A DNA stretch of 64,000 nt, taken from contig OZ245006.1 in NCBI GenBank assembly GCA_965223545.1, forward strand, positions 2,784,001 to 2,848,000, written 5' to 3'. Shown here piece after piece: positions 36,120 through 45,392 of the stretch (its first letter is position 1; every line of letters starts with the position of its first letter). This stretch comes from Planctomycetota bacterium (GTDB lineage Bacteria > Planctomycetota > UBA1135 > UBA2386). Position numbers and translations under genes: made by a program. The notes beneath the pieces are model-generated. The model saw nothing but the letters and a program-made list of their open reading frames with translations, did not search any database and had not been told where the DNA came from.

Positions 36120-36356
36120 ATGTCCCCACTCGACGACCAGCTCTCCACCTACGCGCGCTGTGCTCCCCGTCTCCTGCGGGAGGGACACCGGGGCAAGTGG
36201 GTCTTGATCTACCACGACACTGTCGCCGGCATCTTCGAGTCGCGCGATCAGGGTCTGGTCGACGGCTACAAGCGCTTCGGCAACGTGCCGTTCTTGGTGC
36301 GCGAAGTCGCCGAGCGCCGCCGGCCGGTGCTGGCGCGGCCCGTCTGCGCGTCCTGA
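36120..36356 (+). CDS. Small hypothetical protein (DUF5678-like)
   Basis: GKWVLI..G..FG..PFLVREV pattern; directly upstream of a protease. Confidence 0.6.
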   Translation: MSPLDDQLSTYARCAPRLLREGHRGKWVLIYHDTVAGIFESRDQGLVDGYKRFGNVPFLVREVAERRRPVLARPVCAS

Positions 36357-36366
36357 GGCCCAACAC

Positions 36367-36792
36367 ATGCCCGTCTTGCGGGGCTCTCTCCGCCCGCAGG
36401 GCGCGATCGCGCCGGTCACCCTCGGCCCGTCGCAGCTGGCCGTCGAGAGCGGCGCTTCCAGCCCCCGCCCAGGCGTGCGGGTGCCGGCGCTGTTCGACAC
36501 CGGCGCCGACATCACGGTCATCCACCCGGGGCTCGCCGAGCGCATCGGGATTTTTCCGCACGACCGTATCGAAGTCGCCGGCATGCACGACTCCATCGAG
36601 ACCTGCAACGTCTTCGACGTCAACCTCGCGCTCGAAGAGTGTGGGCTGGTCATGCCCAACCTCACCGTCGTGGAGAGCCGCGTCCTCGGCGCACCGAACA
36701 TCCAGGTGCTGATCGGCCGCTCGGTGCTGTGGAAGGGGGTGCTGGTGTACGACGGCATCCACCAGACATTCTCGTTCGAAGTGCCCGGCTGA
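36367..36792 (+). CDS. Retropepsin-like (clan AA) aspartyl protease
   Basis: ALFDTGADIT and VLIGR motifs. Confidence 0.88.
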   Translation: MPVLRGSLRPQGAIAPVTLGPSQLAVESGASSPRPGVRVPALFDTGADITVIHPGLAERIGIFPHDRIEVAGMHDSIETCNVFDVNLALEECGLVMPNLTVVESRVLGAPNIQVLIGRSVLWKGVLVYDGIHQTFSFEVPG

Positions 36793-36842
36793 CGACCTGC
36801 GCTCTGGCGCAACGCCCAGGGGCGTGCCACACTCGGTCGACC

Positions 36843-37262
36843 GTGCACGAGTCCGACCCGCCGCCGTTGCCCCCCTTCGACCGGATCGGCGAGGAGGGCG
36901 TGCACCGGCTGGTCGCCGGCTTCTACGCGCGCGTGCGCGCCGACGCGCTCTTGGCCCCCTTGTACCCCGAGCAGGACTGGGAAGGCGCCGAGCGGCGGCT
37001 GCGCGATTTCCTGGTCTATCGCTTCGGCGGCCCACCGCGCTATCTCGAACACCGCGGGCACCCCCGGCTGCGGATGCGGCACGCCCCGTTCGCGATCGAC
37101 CGCGCCGCGCGCGACCGGTGGATGCAGCTGATGGCAGCGTCGCTGGCGGAATCGGGGCTCGCCGCCGACGACTGCGCGCGGATCGAGGCGTTTCTCGGGG
37201 ACGTCGCGACCTTCTTGATCAACCGAGACGCGCCGGCGCCGCCCGACCGCACGGCGCCATGA
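36843..37262 (+). CDS. Group II truncated hemoglobin (trHbO-like)
   Basis: FY..V, FGGP..Y, GHPRLRMRH, RDRW. Confidence 0.92.
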   Translation: MHESDPPPLPPFDRIGEEGVHRLVAGFYARVRADALLAPLYPEQDWEGAERRLRDFLVYRFGGPPRYLEHRGHPRLRMRHAPFAIDRAARDRWMQLMAASLAESGLAADDCARIEAFLGDVATFLINRDAPAPPDRTAP

Positions 37263-39034
37263 CCTCGCTGGCCCGCGCCGACCATCCGGCCGCTCCCGGC
37301 CGGCGCCGGTGGCGCGCTCGCCTCGCCGCCGTGCTGCTCGGCACGGCACTCGCCCTGTTGACGCTCGAGGTGGTGATGCAGTGCATCGCCTACGGCCACT
37401 GGCGGACCGGACGAGCAGCGCTAAACGACCTCGACCCGCGCCGGCCGGTGGTGCTGTGCCTCGGCGACTCGTTCACCTACGGACTCGGGGCTTCGGCGCC
37501 CAACCGCAGCTACCCCGAGCAGCTCGCCGATCGCCTCGACGAGCGCGTGCCGGGACACTGGCAGGTCGTCAACCGCGGCTGGCCGGGCGCCGACACCGGC
37601 CGCATCCTGGCAGAGCTCGACCACCAGCTGAGCAGCCTGCAGCCGCGGCTGGTCTACCTGATGATCGGCTACAACAACCGGCGCGCGGCGGCGCGGGAGC
37701 CGGGCGACGAAGCACCGCTCGCGCAGTCGCCGTCGCCGCCGCGCTTCGAGTGGCGTTGGCGGACGATGGAACTGCTCGAGCGGATCCGGTTCGCGTTCGA
37801 CGCCGATGGCCGCGCGGTGCGCGAAGCCGCGGGCCGACACCCCTTGCAGGTGACCGGCCGTTGGCACGCGGGCCCCTTCGACGTGCGCTTCGAACCGGAT
37901 GGCGCGGCGCACATCGGCGGACTCGAATGCCGCTGGGAGGCGGTGGGCGACACCCTGATCTTCGACCTGAACAACGGTGAGCGCCGAAAGGCGCGGTGGC
38001 GGCACGAAAGCGCCGGTCTCGAGCTGCACGCGGACTGGTTCGCGCGCAGTCCAATCTTGCTCCAGCCCGGCGGCGCCGACCCGGGGCCGCTCGAAGGAGC
38101 CCGCGCCGCGCTCGCCGCGGGCGACCTCGGTCGCGCCCGCGCCCTCCGCGAGAAGGTCACCGCACCGGCGGCACGCCTCGGGCTGACCGCCGAGCTCGCC
38201 GCCGCGGAGGAGTCCACCACGGGAGTCGACGCGGCCCTGGATCAGCTGCGCGCGCTGGCTGCCGGCGACGTCGCCGCAGCCCACGAGCTGATCCGCACCG
38301 CGCTGGCGATCGGCCGCCCCGACGTCGCCCTCGCCGCCGCGCGCGCTCGACTGCGCGTGGAGCCGCGCGACGGCTTCGTGTGGCAGGCGGTGCTCGATGC
38401 CACCGGCAGCGGCATCGAACCCGGAGAGACGATCGCCCTGGTCGACCGCGCGCTGCGCGCCACGGCACAAGATGCCGCATGGCAGTGGAAGCTGTACGCC
38501 ACGCGCGCCGGACTGCGGGAGCGGCAAGGCAAGGACATGGTCGGCGCCCTCACCGACGCGATCCGCAGCGCTCTCTTGCACGGCGCGCACACCAGCATCG
38601 CCAGTGACATGCTGGCGCGCATTCCCGCCCGCTACCGAGAGCACCTGGTCGCCGACGCGATCGGCCGTCTCGCACCGACCGCCGACCAACGCACGCTCAT
38701 CGCGCAGATCGTCGAAACGGCGACGCAGCAGACGACGACGGCGCAAGGCACCCTCGCGCGCGAGCTGCACACCATCGTCCAGCGCTGCCGAGAGCGCGCG
38801 ACGACCCTGGTGTTGCTCACCTATCCCGAGGACTCGGTCGCCAGCTTCTCGGTTCGAGACGTGGCGGCCGCGACCGCCACTCCGCTGCTCGAGCTACCGA
38901 CGGCGTTCGCGGCGGCAGCCCGCGACGGCGGCCGCCAACGGCTGTTTGCCATCGATGGCCACTGCAACGACCGTGGCTACGCATTGATCGCGACCGTAGT
39001 CGCCGATGACGTGCTCCGGCGCGCGCCGCGCTGA
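37259..39034 (+). CDS. Membrane-anchored SGNH/GDSL protein with large beta + helical insertion
   Basis: TM segment, LGDSFTYG, NRGWPG, IGYNN, C-terminal DGHCN. Confidence 0.82.
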   Translation: MTSLARADHPAAPGRRRWRARLAAVLLGTALALLTLEVVMQCIAYGHWRTGRAALNDLDPRRPVVLCLGDSFTYGLGASAPNRSYPEQLADRLDERVPGHWQVVNRGWPGADTGRILAELDHQLSSLQPRLVYLMIGYNNRRAAAREPGDEAPLAQSPSPPRFEWRWRTMELLERIRFAFDADGRAVREAAGRHPLQVTGRWHAGPFDVRFEPDGAAHIGGLECRWEAVGDTLIFDLNNGERRKARWRHESAGLELHADWFARSPILLQPGGADPGPLEGARAALAAGDLGRARALREKVTAPAARLGLTAELAAAEESTTGVDAALDQLRALAAGDVAAAHELIRTALAIGRPDVALAAARARLRVEPRDGFVWQAVLDATGSGIEPGETIALVDRALRATAQDAAWQWKLYATRAGLRERQGKDMVGALTDAIRSALLHGAHTSIASDMLARIPARYREHLVADAIGRLAPTADQRTLIAQIVETATQQTTTAQGTLARELHTIVQRCRERATTLVLLTYPEDSVASFSVRDVAAATATPLLELPTAFAAAARDGGRQRLFAIDGHCNDRGYALIATVVADDVLRRAPR

Positions 39035-39103
39035 CGAGCGGCCTGGTCGAGAAATCACGACCGGCGCCGGGAACACGACCGGCGCGGCGGCGTTCGAGAA
39101 TGC

Positions 39104-40468
39104 ATGACGCCCACCAGGACCATCACCACCGCCGTTGTCATCGCCTTGTTCGGCTGCAGCCGCTCGCCCGACGGACCACCACCGCCGCAGGTCACGACTC
39201 TGGACGAGCGACTGCGCGCGCTGTGTGGAGAGCCGATCCAAGACGGTGAGAGCGGGGCGTGGACGGTCCGCCGTCTCGACCGCGCCGGCGGACGCACCCG
39301 TGTGTCGGGGCGGGCTCTCTCGGCCAAGGGCGAGCGGTCCGCGGTGGCCGACGGCTTCGCCCCCGAGGCGCCGGCGTCGATGACGGCGACCGCGGCCCCG
39401 GCAGCACCCCCGCTGCGCGCCGGCGCGACCGACGATCACGCCGACCACCGGGCGTTCGCAGAGTACCTCGCCGAGAGCTTCGCCAAGCTCGGCGAAGCAG
39501 TGCACGAGCTCGACGTGGCGGAGCGGCGTTGGATCCACGTCGTCGGCAGCCAGGGCGCCCCCCTGCCCGGAGCGCGGGTCCGGCTCGTCGACTTGCAGAA
39601 CGACACCCTGGTGTGGAGCGGCACGTCGATGGGAGACGGACGGCTGCCGTTCTACCCCGGCGTCGCCGGGGTCGCCGCGAGTGCCGAGCTCCTGGTCGAG
39701 GCCGAGGCGGCGGGTGCGAGCGTGCGGCAGAGCTGGAAGCTGAGCGAGACGACCTGCCGGGTCCAGCTCGACACGTCGTACTCCGCGCCCGAGGAAGTCG
39801 CTCTCGACGTCGTGTTCTTGATCGATACGACCGGCTCGATGGGTGACGAGATCCAGCGCATCAAGGACACCCTGAGCGGAGTCACCGACCGGCTGCAGAG
39901 CCTCTCGCGCGAGTCCGCTCTGCGCTACGGTGCCGTCCTCTACCGCGATGTCGGCGACGACTACGTCACCAAGCAGCACGCCTTCACGGCGGACCTCGAC
40001 GCGTTCGCCGGCGCGCTGCAAGAGATCGAGGCCAACGGAGGCGGCGACGGACCCGAGTCGCTCAACCAGGGGCTGGCGGTCGCCATCGACCGCATGCAAT
40101 GGCGGGCCAACGCCGCCAAGCTCGTCTTCTTGATCGCCGACGCGCCGCCGCACATGGACTACGCCGGCGACGTTCCGTACGGAGACAGCCTCGTGCGGGC
40201 GATCGAGCGCGGCGTGCGCATTCACGCCGTCGCCGCCAGCGGGCTCGATGCAGCGGGCAGCTGCGCCTTCCGCCAGATCGCGCACTTCACCCGCGGCAAG
40301 TTCATCTTCATCGAGTACGGCGGCGACGTGGCGGCCTCCGCCGCGGCGCACGGGGTTTCCAGCGCATCGGCCGCCAACAACCTCGACGCCATCCTGTTCG
40401 CGCAGATTCGCGACGAGATCGCGGGCTGGGGCCGGGCGCGGTCCGGCGAACAAGTCAGCATTCGCTGA
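39104..40468 (+). CDS. VWA domain lipoprotein
   Basis: Lipobox LFGC; DTTGSMG, YRD, GGGDGPE, ADAPPH. Confidence 0.88.
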   Translation: MTPTRTITTAVVIALFGCSRSPDGPPPPQVTTLDERLRALCGEPIQDGESGAWTVRRLDRAGGRTRVSGRALSAKGERSAVADGFAPEAPASMTATAAPAAPPLRAGATDDHADHRAFAEYLAESFAKLGEAVHELDVAERRWIHVVGSQGAPLPGARVRLVDLQNDTLVWSGTSMGDGRLPFYPGVAGVAASAELLVEAEAAGASVRQSWKLSETTCRVQLDTSYSAPEEVALDVVFLIDTTGSMGDEIQRIKDTLSGVTDRLQSLSRESALRYGAVLYRDVGDDYVTKQHAFTADLDAFAGALQEIEANGGGDGPESLNQGLAVAIDRMQWRANAAKLVFLIADAPPHMDYAGDVPYGDSLVRAIERGVRIHAVAASGLDAAGSCAFRQIAHFTRGKFIFIEYGGDVAASAAAHGVSSASAANNLDAILFAQIRDEIAGWGRARSGEQVSIR

Positions 40469-40511
40469 CCTGCGTTTGGACCGGCAGCCAAGGGCGCGCG
40501 ATGATGCGCCG

Positions 40512-41486
40512 ATGATCGTCCCGCGCCATTGGGCGGAGGCGCGACTCCGACACCGCGACGCACACCGCCAGGTCACCGTCCGCCGCCTGGGGTGGTCGAA
40601 CGAGAGTGTCGAAGCCGCGGAAGCCCACGCCCGAGAACGGGCGCAGACCGCCCTGACGGCGATCCTGGCCGGACAAGACCTACCGCGGCGCGAGGCGGCC
40701 GTCGCCTACAACGGCGCCGAGGGCGTGCCGATCCGCGAGGAGATCGTCGCCGAACACGGCGAGGTGGTCCTCTCCCGCAATAGCTATGGAGCGGTGTGCC
40801 TCAACGTGCCCGACGTCTTGTTCGCCGACATCGACTACGCGCCGGTCGACCCGCCGTGGGGATTGGCGGCGACGGCGTGGATCGTCTTCGCCGCGGTGAT
40901 GCTGCAAGTCGAGCCCGAAGCGCGCGCCAGCTCCGCACCGGTCCTGTTCCTGCTGGGAGCGGCCGCGGTCGCGGCAACGCTGTGGCTGGCCTACCGCTTG
41001 GCGCGCGCACGACCGCGTGGCCTCGAGCGCCGCGCGCGCGAACGAGTGCGACGCTATGCCGAGAGCGAGGGCTGGCGGGTGCGCGTCTACCGCACGCCGG
41101 CAGGCCTGCGGCTGTTGGCGATGCACCGGCGGTTCGACCCGACCAGCACCGAGGTCGCCGCCGCGTTCGCCGCCATGGACGTCGACCCCGTCTACGCCCG
41201 GATGTGCACCCGGCAGCGCTGCTTCCGCGCGCGCCTCACCCCCAAGCCCTGGCGCGCGGGAATCCGCGCGCACATCCGGCCGCGTTCCGGCCGTTGGCCA
41301 GTACCCGAGACGCATCGGGCGGCGCGCCAACGGTGGATCGCGGCCTACGAGGAGGCGTCGCGGAAGTTCGCTTCCTGTCGATACCTGGAGACCCTCGGCG
41401 CCGGCGCGGCCGACCCGATGTGCGAGGACGTGCGAGTGCTGCACGACGCGCTCTGTGGCGCCGAGAAGGATCTGCCGCTGGCCTGA
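40512..41486 (+). CDS. Hypothetical membrane protein
   Basis: Coding-like ORF with two TM segments; RNSYGA.CLN, FADID, YRTPAGLR, CFRARLTPKPWR. Confidence 0.7.
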   Translation: MIVPRHWAEARLRHRDAHRQVTVRRLGWSNESVEAAEAHARERAQTALTAILAGQDLPRREAAVAYNGAEGVPIREEIVAEHGEVVLSRNSYGAVCLNVPDVLFADIDYAPVDPPWGLAATAWIVFAAVMLQVEPEARASSAPVLFLLGAAAVAATLWLAYRLARARPRGLERRARERVRRYAESEGWRVRVYRTPAGLRLLAMHRRFDPTSTEVAAAFAAMDVDPVYARMCTRQRCFRARLTPKPWRAGIRAHIRPRSGRWPVPETHRAARQRWIAAYEEASRKFASCRYLETLGAGAADPMCEDVRVLHDALCGAEKDLPLA

Positions 41487-41504
41487 CGCGCAGGAGATGC
41501 TGTC

Positions 41505-42896
41505 TCAGGGGCGGCGCAGCAGCAGCACATCGCCGCGGAGTACGCCGTTGCCCAACCACCGCCCCAGCACCCAGCCCGGCTCGCCAACACCCACGCCGGC
41601 CAGCGTGTCGAGCCGCAGACCGCCGCCGGCGACCTGCCGCACCACGATAGCATCGGGTTCGAGCTCGACCGGGAGCTGGGTCACCTGATGCGGTCCGACG
41701 ACCAGCTTCGTCCCGCCGGCCGGCGCCAGCACCAGCGAGGTCGAGGTGGGGTCGACGCTGCGCACGACACCGTCCGCCGCGACGCGATGGCGCCCCGGAC
41801 CGCCGGCTTCGACCACCAATCGGTGCAGCGGTGCGACGCCACTCTGCAGCGGACCGTGCCAGGTGGCGGACACCAGCATTCCACGCCGCAGCTCGGCGAG
41901 GCTGGTCGCCGCACCGGGGCGGCCCCACGCCGGCAGCCAGCGCAGCAGCGTCTTCGGACCGATGCCGAGCACCAGCCGGCGGGCCGCGGCGACGCCGCGG
42001 CCGAGCTTGCGCCACGCGAGCACATCGAGGTCGACGCGCCCCGTCGCTGCATCCACGGTTTCGACCAGCCCCCGCGCTTCCGAGACGTTGCCACCCGTGG
42101 CGGGCCCGCGCCCGCGCGGCCGGTCGGTCGCGCGCAACACCCACAGGGCATCGCGGCGCTGCAGCAAGCCGTCGATCTCGAGGCGTTCCCCCAAACCGAC
42201 GCCACCGACGAACTCGGCGGGCGTGACCGCGCGTCCCGCGCGCTGCAAGTCGACGGCGACGTCGAACAGGAGGCGCACGGCGACGTCACCCCACGCCGCG
42301 ACCGTGACGGTCACCGTTTGGCCCGACCGATCGACGCGCACGACCTCGACTTCCAGATCGAACAGTGGCTGCAGATCCCGGCGCTCGCCGGCGAGGTCGG
42401 GCCGCCAGTCGAAGCCACCGTTGCCGTTCGCCACCAGCTCGACGGCGTCCCCGTGGCGCACCAACAGCCAGGACTGGGCCGCGCTCCCCGGTCGAAACAC
42501 CGGCTGCAACGGCACGCGCAGCGGTGGAGGCACATCACCCACCGCCGCGGGAGCCCCGCCGGAGGGATGCCCCTGAATGCTGCCCGGCCGCAGCGCCATC
42601 AGCAGCGCGACGTAGTCGCCCGCCGGTGGCGACCGGAGCTCGATGCCACTGCTGGCGCCGATCGGATCGCTGATGGTGACGGCGACCGGCCGCACCAGTA
42701 GGTCCGGGGTCAAGCTGCCGTCGACGCGTTCGAGCGAGACGGCGTCGACCGTAGCCGTCAGCCACGCGCCCCCGCCGTGGGTGTCGAACACCACCGGTAC
42801 TGGCGTGCTCGCGGACGGTGGCAGCACGGGCGTTGAAGCGCCGCCGCCAGAACAGCCGCAGAGGGGCAAGAGGGCGAGGAACGGCAGTGCGCGCAT
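41505..42896 (-). CDS. Lipoprotein with repeated OB-like (DUF4382/DUF5666-like) domains
   Basis: Lipobox LCGC; repeated G.V..VD / L..G..V motifs. Confidence 0.6.
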   Translation of the reverse strand: MRALPFLALLPLCGCSGGGASTPVLPPSASTPVPVVFDTHGGGAWLTATVDAVSLERVDGSLTPDLLVRPVAVTISDPIGASSGIELRSPPAGDYVALLMALRPGSIQGHPSGGAPAAVGDVPPPLRVPLQPVFRPGSAAQSWLLVRHGDAVELVANGNGGFDWRPDLAGERRDLQPLFDLEVEVVRVDRSGQTVTVTVAAWGDVAVRLLFDVAVDLQRAGRAVTPAEFVGGVGLGERLEIDGLLQRRDALWVLRATDRPRGRGPATGGNVSEARGLVETVDAATGRVDLDVLAWRKLGRGVAAARRLVLGIGPKTLLRWLPAWGRPGAATSLAELRRGMLVSATWHGPLQSGVAPLHRLVVEAGGPGRHRVAADGVVRSVDPTSTSLVLAPAGGTKLVVGPHQVTQLPVELEPDAIVVRQVAGGGLRLDTLAGVGVGEPGWVLGRWLGNGVLRGDVLLLRRP

Positions 42897-42946
42897 GCAG
42901 TAGAGTCTACCGCCCGGCATGACAGCGGGCCGGGAGCGCGCTTCGG

Positions 42947-43639
42947 CTACGCCGTCCGGCCGCGCCCCCAGCGGCGACCGAGGATCCCGGCCGCGAGGCC
43001 GAGGAGGCCGCAAACCCCACCGGACCGCGCCCATGACAACCCCAGGACACCGCCCGCGATCGCGCCGGCGGCAGCACTGACCAGGCTCAGCGCCACGGCA
43101 CCTTTGAGCACGTAGCCCCAACGCGACGTCGAGGTCAACGGTTGTCCACCGAGTCGCACCGGCCGGTCGAACAACGTCGGCGGATCCGCCTCGAGCGCCA
43201 TCAGCAGGGGCGTGCCGAAGACGCAGATCGTGTGCGCCCACGGATTGCCGAACAGGCCGAACTGCAGGTCGCCATCGGCGAAACAGGTGAACTCCGCGTT
43301 GGGCAACAGAGGCACAGTCCAATCGTCCTCGCCGACGTAGTCGAACGACTCGTGCGGCGCGAACCGGTAGCAGACCCGCCGACCGTCGGTGGCGTAGACG
43401 AACCCGTTCTCCGCCACGCACCGGCGCAGCGCGGCGAGCACCTTGTCGCACAAGTCGGAGGTCAACGCCTGGTAGCGCCGGCCGTCGCCGTAGACGTGGG
43501 CCACGTCGTAGGTCACCGAGTGCTCCGGCTCGCGCAACCCCGTGCCCTTGCGGTCCGCCAGGTCGAAACCGAGCCGGTCGCGCAGCGCGGCCCAGACAGC
43601 TTGGCGCTCGTCGGCGCCGAGCTCGACCCAGGAGTCCAC
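42947..43639 (-). CDS. DUF2716-like protein with C-terminal TM segments
   Basis: CYRF.P, W..P..PN.E, FGLFGNPW..TICVFG. Confidence 0.7.
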   Translation of the reverse strand: MDSWVELGADERQAVWAALRDRLGFDLADRKGTGLREPEHSVTYDVAHVYGDGRRYQALTSDLCDKVLAALRRCVAENGFVYATDGRRVCYRFAPHESFDYVGEDDWTVPLLPNAEFTCFADGDLQFGLFGNPWAHTICVFGTPLLMALEADPPTLFDRPVRLGGQPLTSTSRWGYVLKGAVALSLVSAAAGAIAGGVLGLSWARSGGVCGLLGLAAGILGRRWGRGRTA

Positions 43640-43663
43640 GGCGACAAGCCTAGTGGAGACGCA

Positions 43664-43683
43664 AAGCGAACGTACGGAGCCAG
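43664..43683. repeat. Left fragment of the REP-like palindrome interrupted by IS110
   Basis: aagcgaacgtacggagccag is the exact reverse complement of 45372..45391. Confidence 0.9.
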
Positions 43684-43739
43684 TCCTGCCCCGGCAGATT
43701 TGTCGGCCCTTCAGGGCAGGAAACTAGCCGCTGAGGAAG

Positions 43740-43930
43740 GGGGAGGGGAACGTGTGAGGGGCCCGGCAGCTACGCCCCCAATAGCCACTGGAGCACGTTT
43801 GCCCCAGAGCCAGTCTGGGTCCGAGTTGGCCATCCTTCACTGGTGAGGGGCACGTCGCCGTGCCCACTCCCGCAGGTCAGATTCGTTTGATCGCCGCCTC
43901 GGGCCGGGCCCACCACAACAATGAGGATGA
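43740..43930 (+). ncRNA. Putative IS110 bridge RNA (ends unknown)
   Basis: Contains GAGCCAG (matches target left flank plus core) and CAGGTCAG (matches donor end plus core). Confidence 0.6.
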
Positions 43931-43933
43931 AGT

Positions 43934-45316
43934 ATGGCTGGGAAGAGCAGAACGAGGAAGGGCAAGAAGCCCGCAGCGGAAGTATTGCCAGTCGTGAAGC
44001 CCAACGCCGCCGGAATCGACATCGGCAGCCGCGAGCACTGGGTGTGCGCAGCAGCACCCGACGGCAGTCGTCCGATCAAGCGATTCGGAACGACGACGCC
44101 CCAGCTAGAGGCGCTCGCGGACTGGCTGGAGGAGCTCGGAGTGCGATCCGTCGCGATGGAGAGCACCTATGTCTACTGGATTCCCGTCTACGAGCTACTC
44201 GAGTCGAGAGGCTTCGAGGTCATCCTCGCGAATGCCCGCGAGGTGAAGAACGTGCCGGGCCGCTCCAAGTCCGATGCCAGCGATTGCAGTTGGCTGCAGA
44301 AGCTACACACCTATGGCCTCATTCGCGCTTCGTTCCGGCCTCCGAAGGACATCTGTGCGTTGCGGACCCTGCAACGCCATGCCGCGTCTTTGATCGCGCA
44401 GCGCACGCGCCACACGCAGTTGATGCAGCGGTCACTGGATCAGATGAACGTGGCGATCCATCGCGCGGTAACGGACATCACCGGCAAGACCGGCCTCGCG
44501 ATCATCCGCGCGATTCTCGCTGGTGAACGCGACCCTCGAGCGCTCGCCAGACTGCGTGATCCGCGCTGCAAGATCTCCGAGAAGGAGCTCGCGGATCACT
44601 TGCAAGGGACCTGGATCGAGGAGCACATCTTCACTCTCGCTTCGGGCTTGCGGATGCTCGAGCACACCGACCACGAGATCGAGTCGGTCGAGAAGCGATT
44701 GATGGCGATGATCGAGGACCTGCAACCGGAGGAAGCCAAGACGGCCGACGTCCCCGAGCATCCAGACCCCCGCAAGGAGAGGAGCATCCGAACGAAGGGC
44801 GGCCGGGAGCTTCGCGATGCCCTCTGCCGGCTCGTCGGGTGTGATCTCACGCGAATCGACGGTATCAGCCCGAGCACGGCCATGATCGTGCTCACCGAGG
44901 TCGGCTACGACCTCGAAGCTTTCCCGACCGAGAAGCACTTCGTCTCCTGGCTACGCCTGTGCCCACGTCAAGCCGTCTCGGGTGGAAAGCGCATCAAGAA
45001 GCACCGCAACAACATCGCGGTCAGCAGGATCGCCACGGTCCTCCGGATGGCCGCCCTGTCCCTCCAACGTACTCAGACAGCTCTCGGCGCACACTTCCGC
45101 AAGATCGCCCGCGCGAAGGACGGCAACGTCGCCATCTTTGCCATCGCCCGCAAACTGGCCCTGCTCATCTACCGCATGCTGAAGTTCGGCCAGGACTACG
45201 TAGACGAAGGCGCCAAGGCCTACGAGGAGCGCTTCACCCAGCGACGCATCGTCGGACTCCGACAGAACGCTAAATCCCTCGGGTACAAGCTCATACCGAT
45301 CGCCGAGGCTGGGTGA
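43934..45316 (+). CDS. IS110 family transposase/recombinase
   Basis: AGIDIG, AMESTYVYW, KSDASD (DEDD); IDGIS, SGGK, AIARKL. Confidence 0.96.
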   Translation: MAGKSRTRKGKKPAAEVLPVVKPNAAGIDIGSREHWVCAAAPDGSRPIKRFGTTTPQLEALADWLEELGVRSVAMESTYVYWIPVYELLESRGFEVILANAREVKNVPGRSKSDASDCSWLQKLHTYGLIRASFRPPKDICALRTLQRHAASLIAQRTRHTQLMQRSLDQMNVAIHRAVTDITGKTGLAIIRAILAGERDPRALARLRDPRCKISEKELADHLQGTWIEEHIFTLASGLRMLEHTDHEIESVEKRLMAMIEDLQPEEAKTADVPEHPDPRKERSIRTKGGRELRDALCRLVGCDLTRIDGISPSTAMIVLTEVGYDLEAFPTEKHFVSWLRLCPRQAVSGGKRIKKHRNNIAVSRIATVLRMAALSLQRTQTALGAHFRKIARAKDGNVAIFAIARKLALLIYRMLKFGQDYVDEGAKAYEERFTQRRIVGLRQNAKSLGYKLIPIAEAG

Positions 45317-45328
45317 GTTTCAGGTCAG

Positions 45329-45391
45329 GCTCCGATTCATCACCCGGCGCCGCCGGGTGATGAATCGGAGCCTGGCTCCGTACGTTCGCTT
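45329..45391. repeat. Right fragment of the REP-like palindrome
   Basis: gctccgattcatcacccggcg-c-cgccgggtgatgaatcggagc followed by ctggctccgtacgttcgctt. Confidence 0.9.
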
Positions 45392-45392
45392 C

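Larger units (their letters stand above)
43684..45328 (+). mobile_element. IS110 family insertion sequence
   Basis: Transposase plus about 250-nt 5' non-coding end; CAG core at both junctions; removing it restores a perfect palindrome. Confidence 0.92.
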
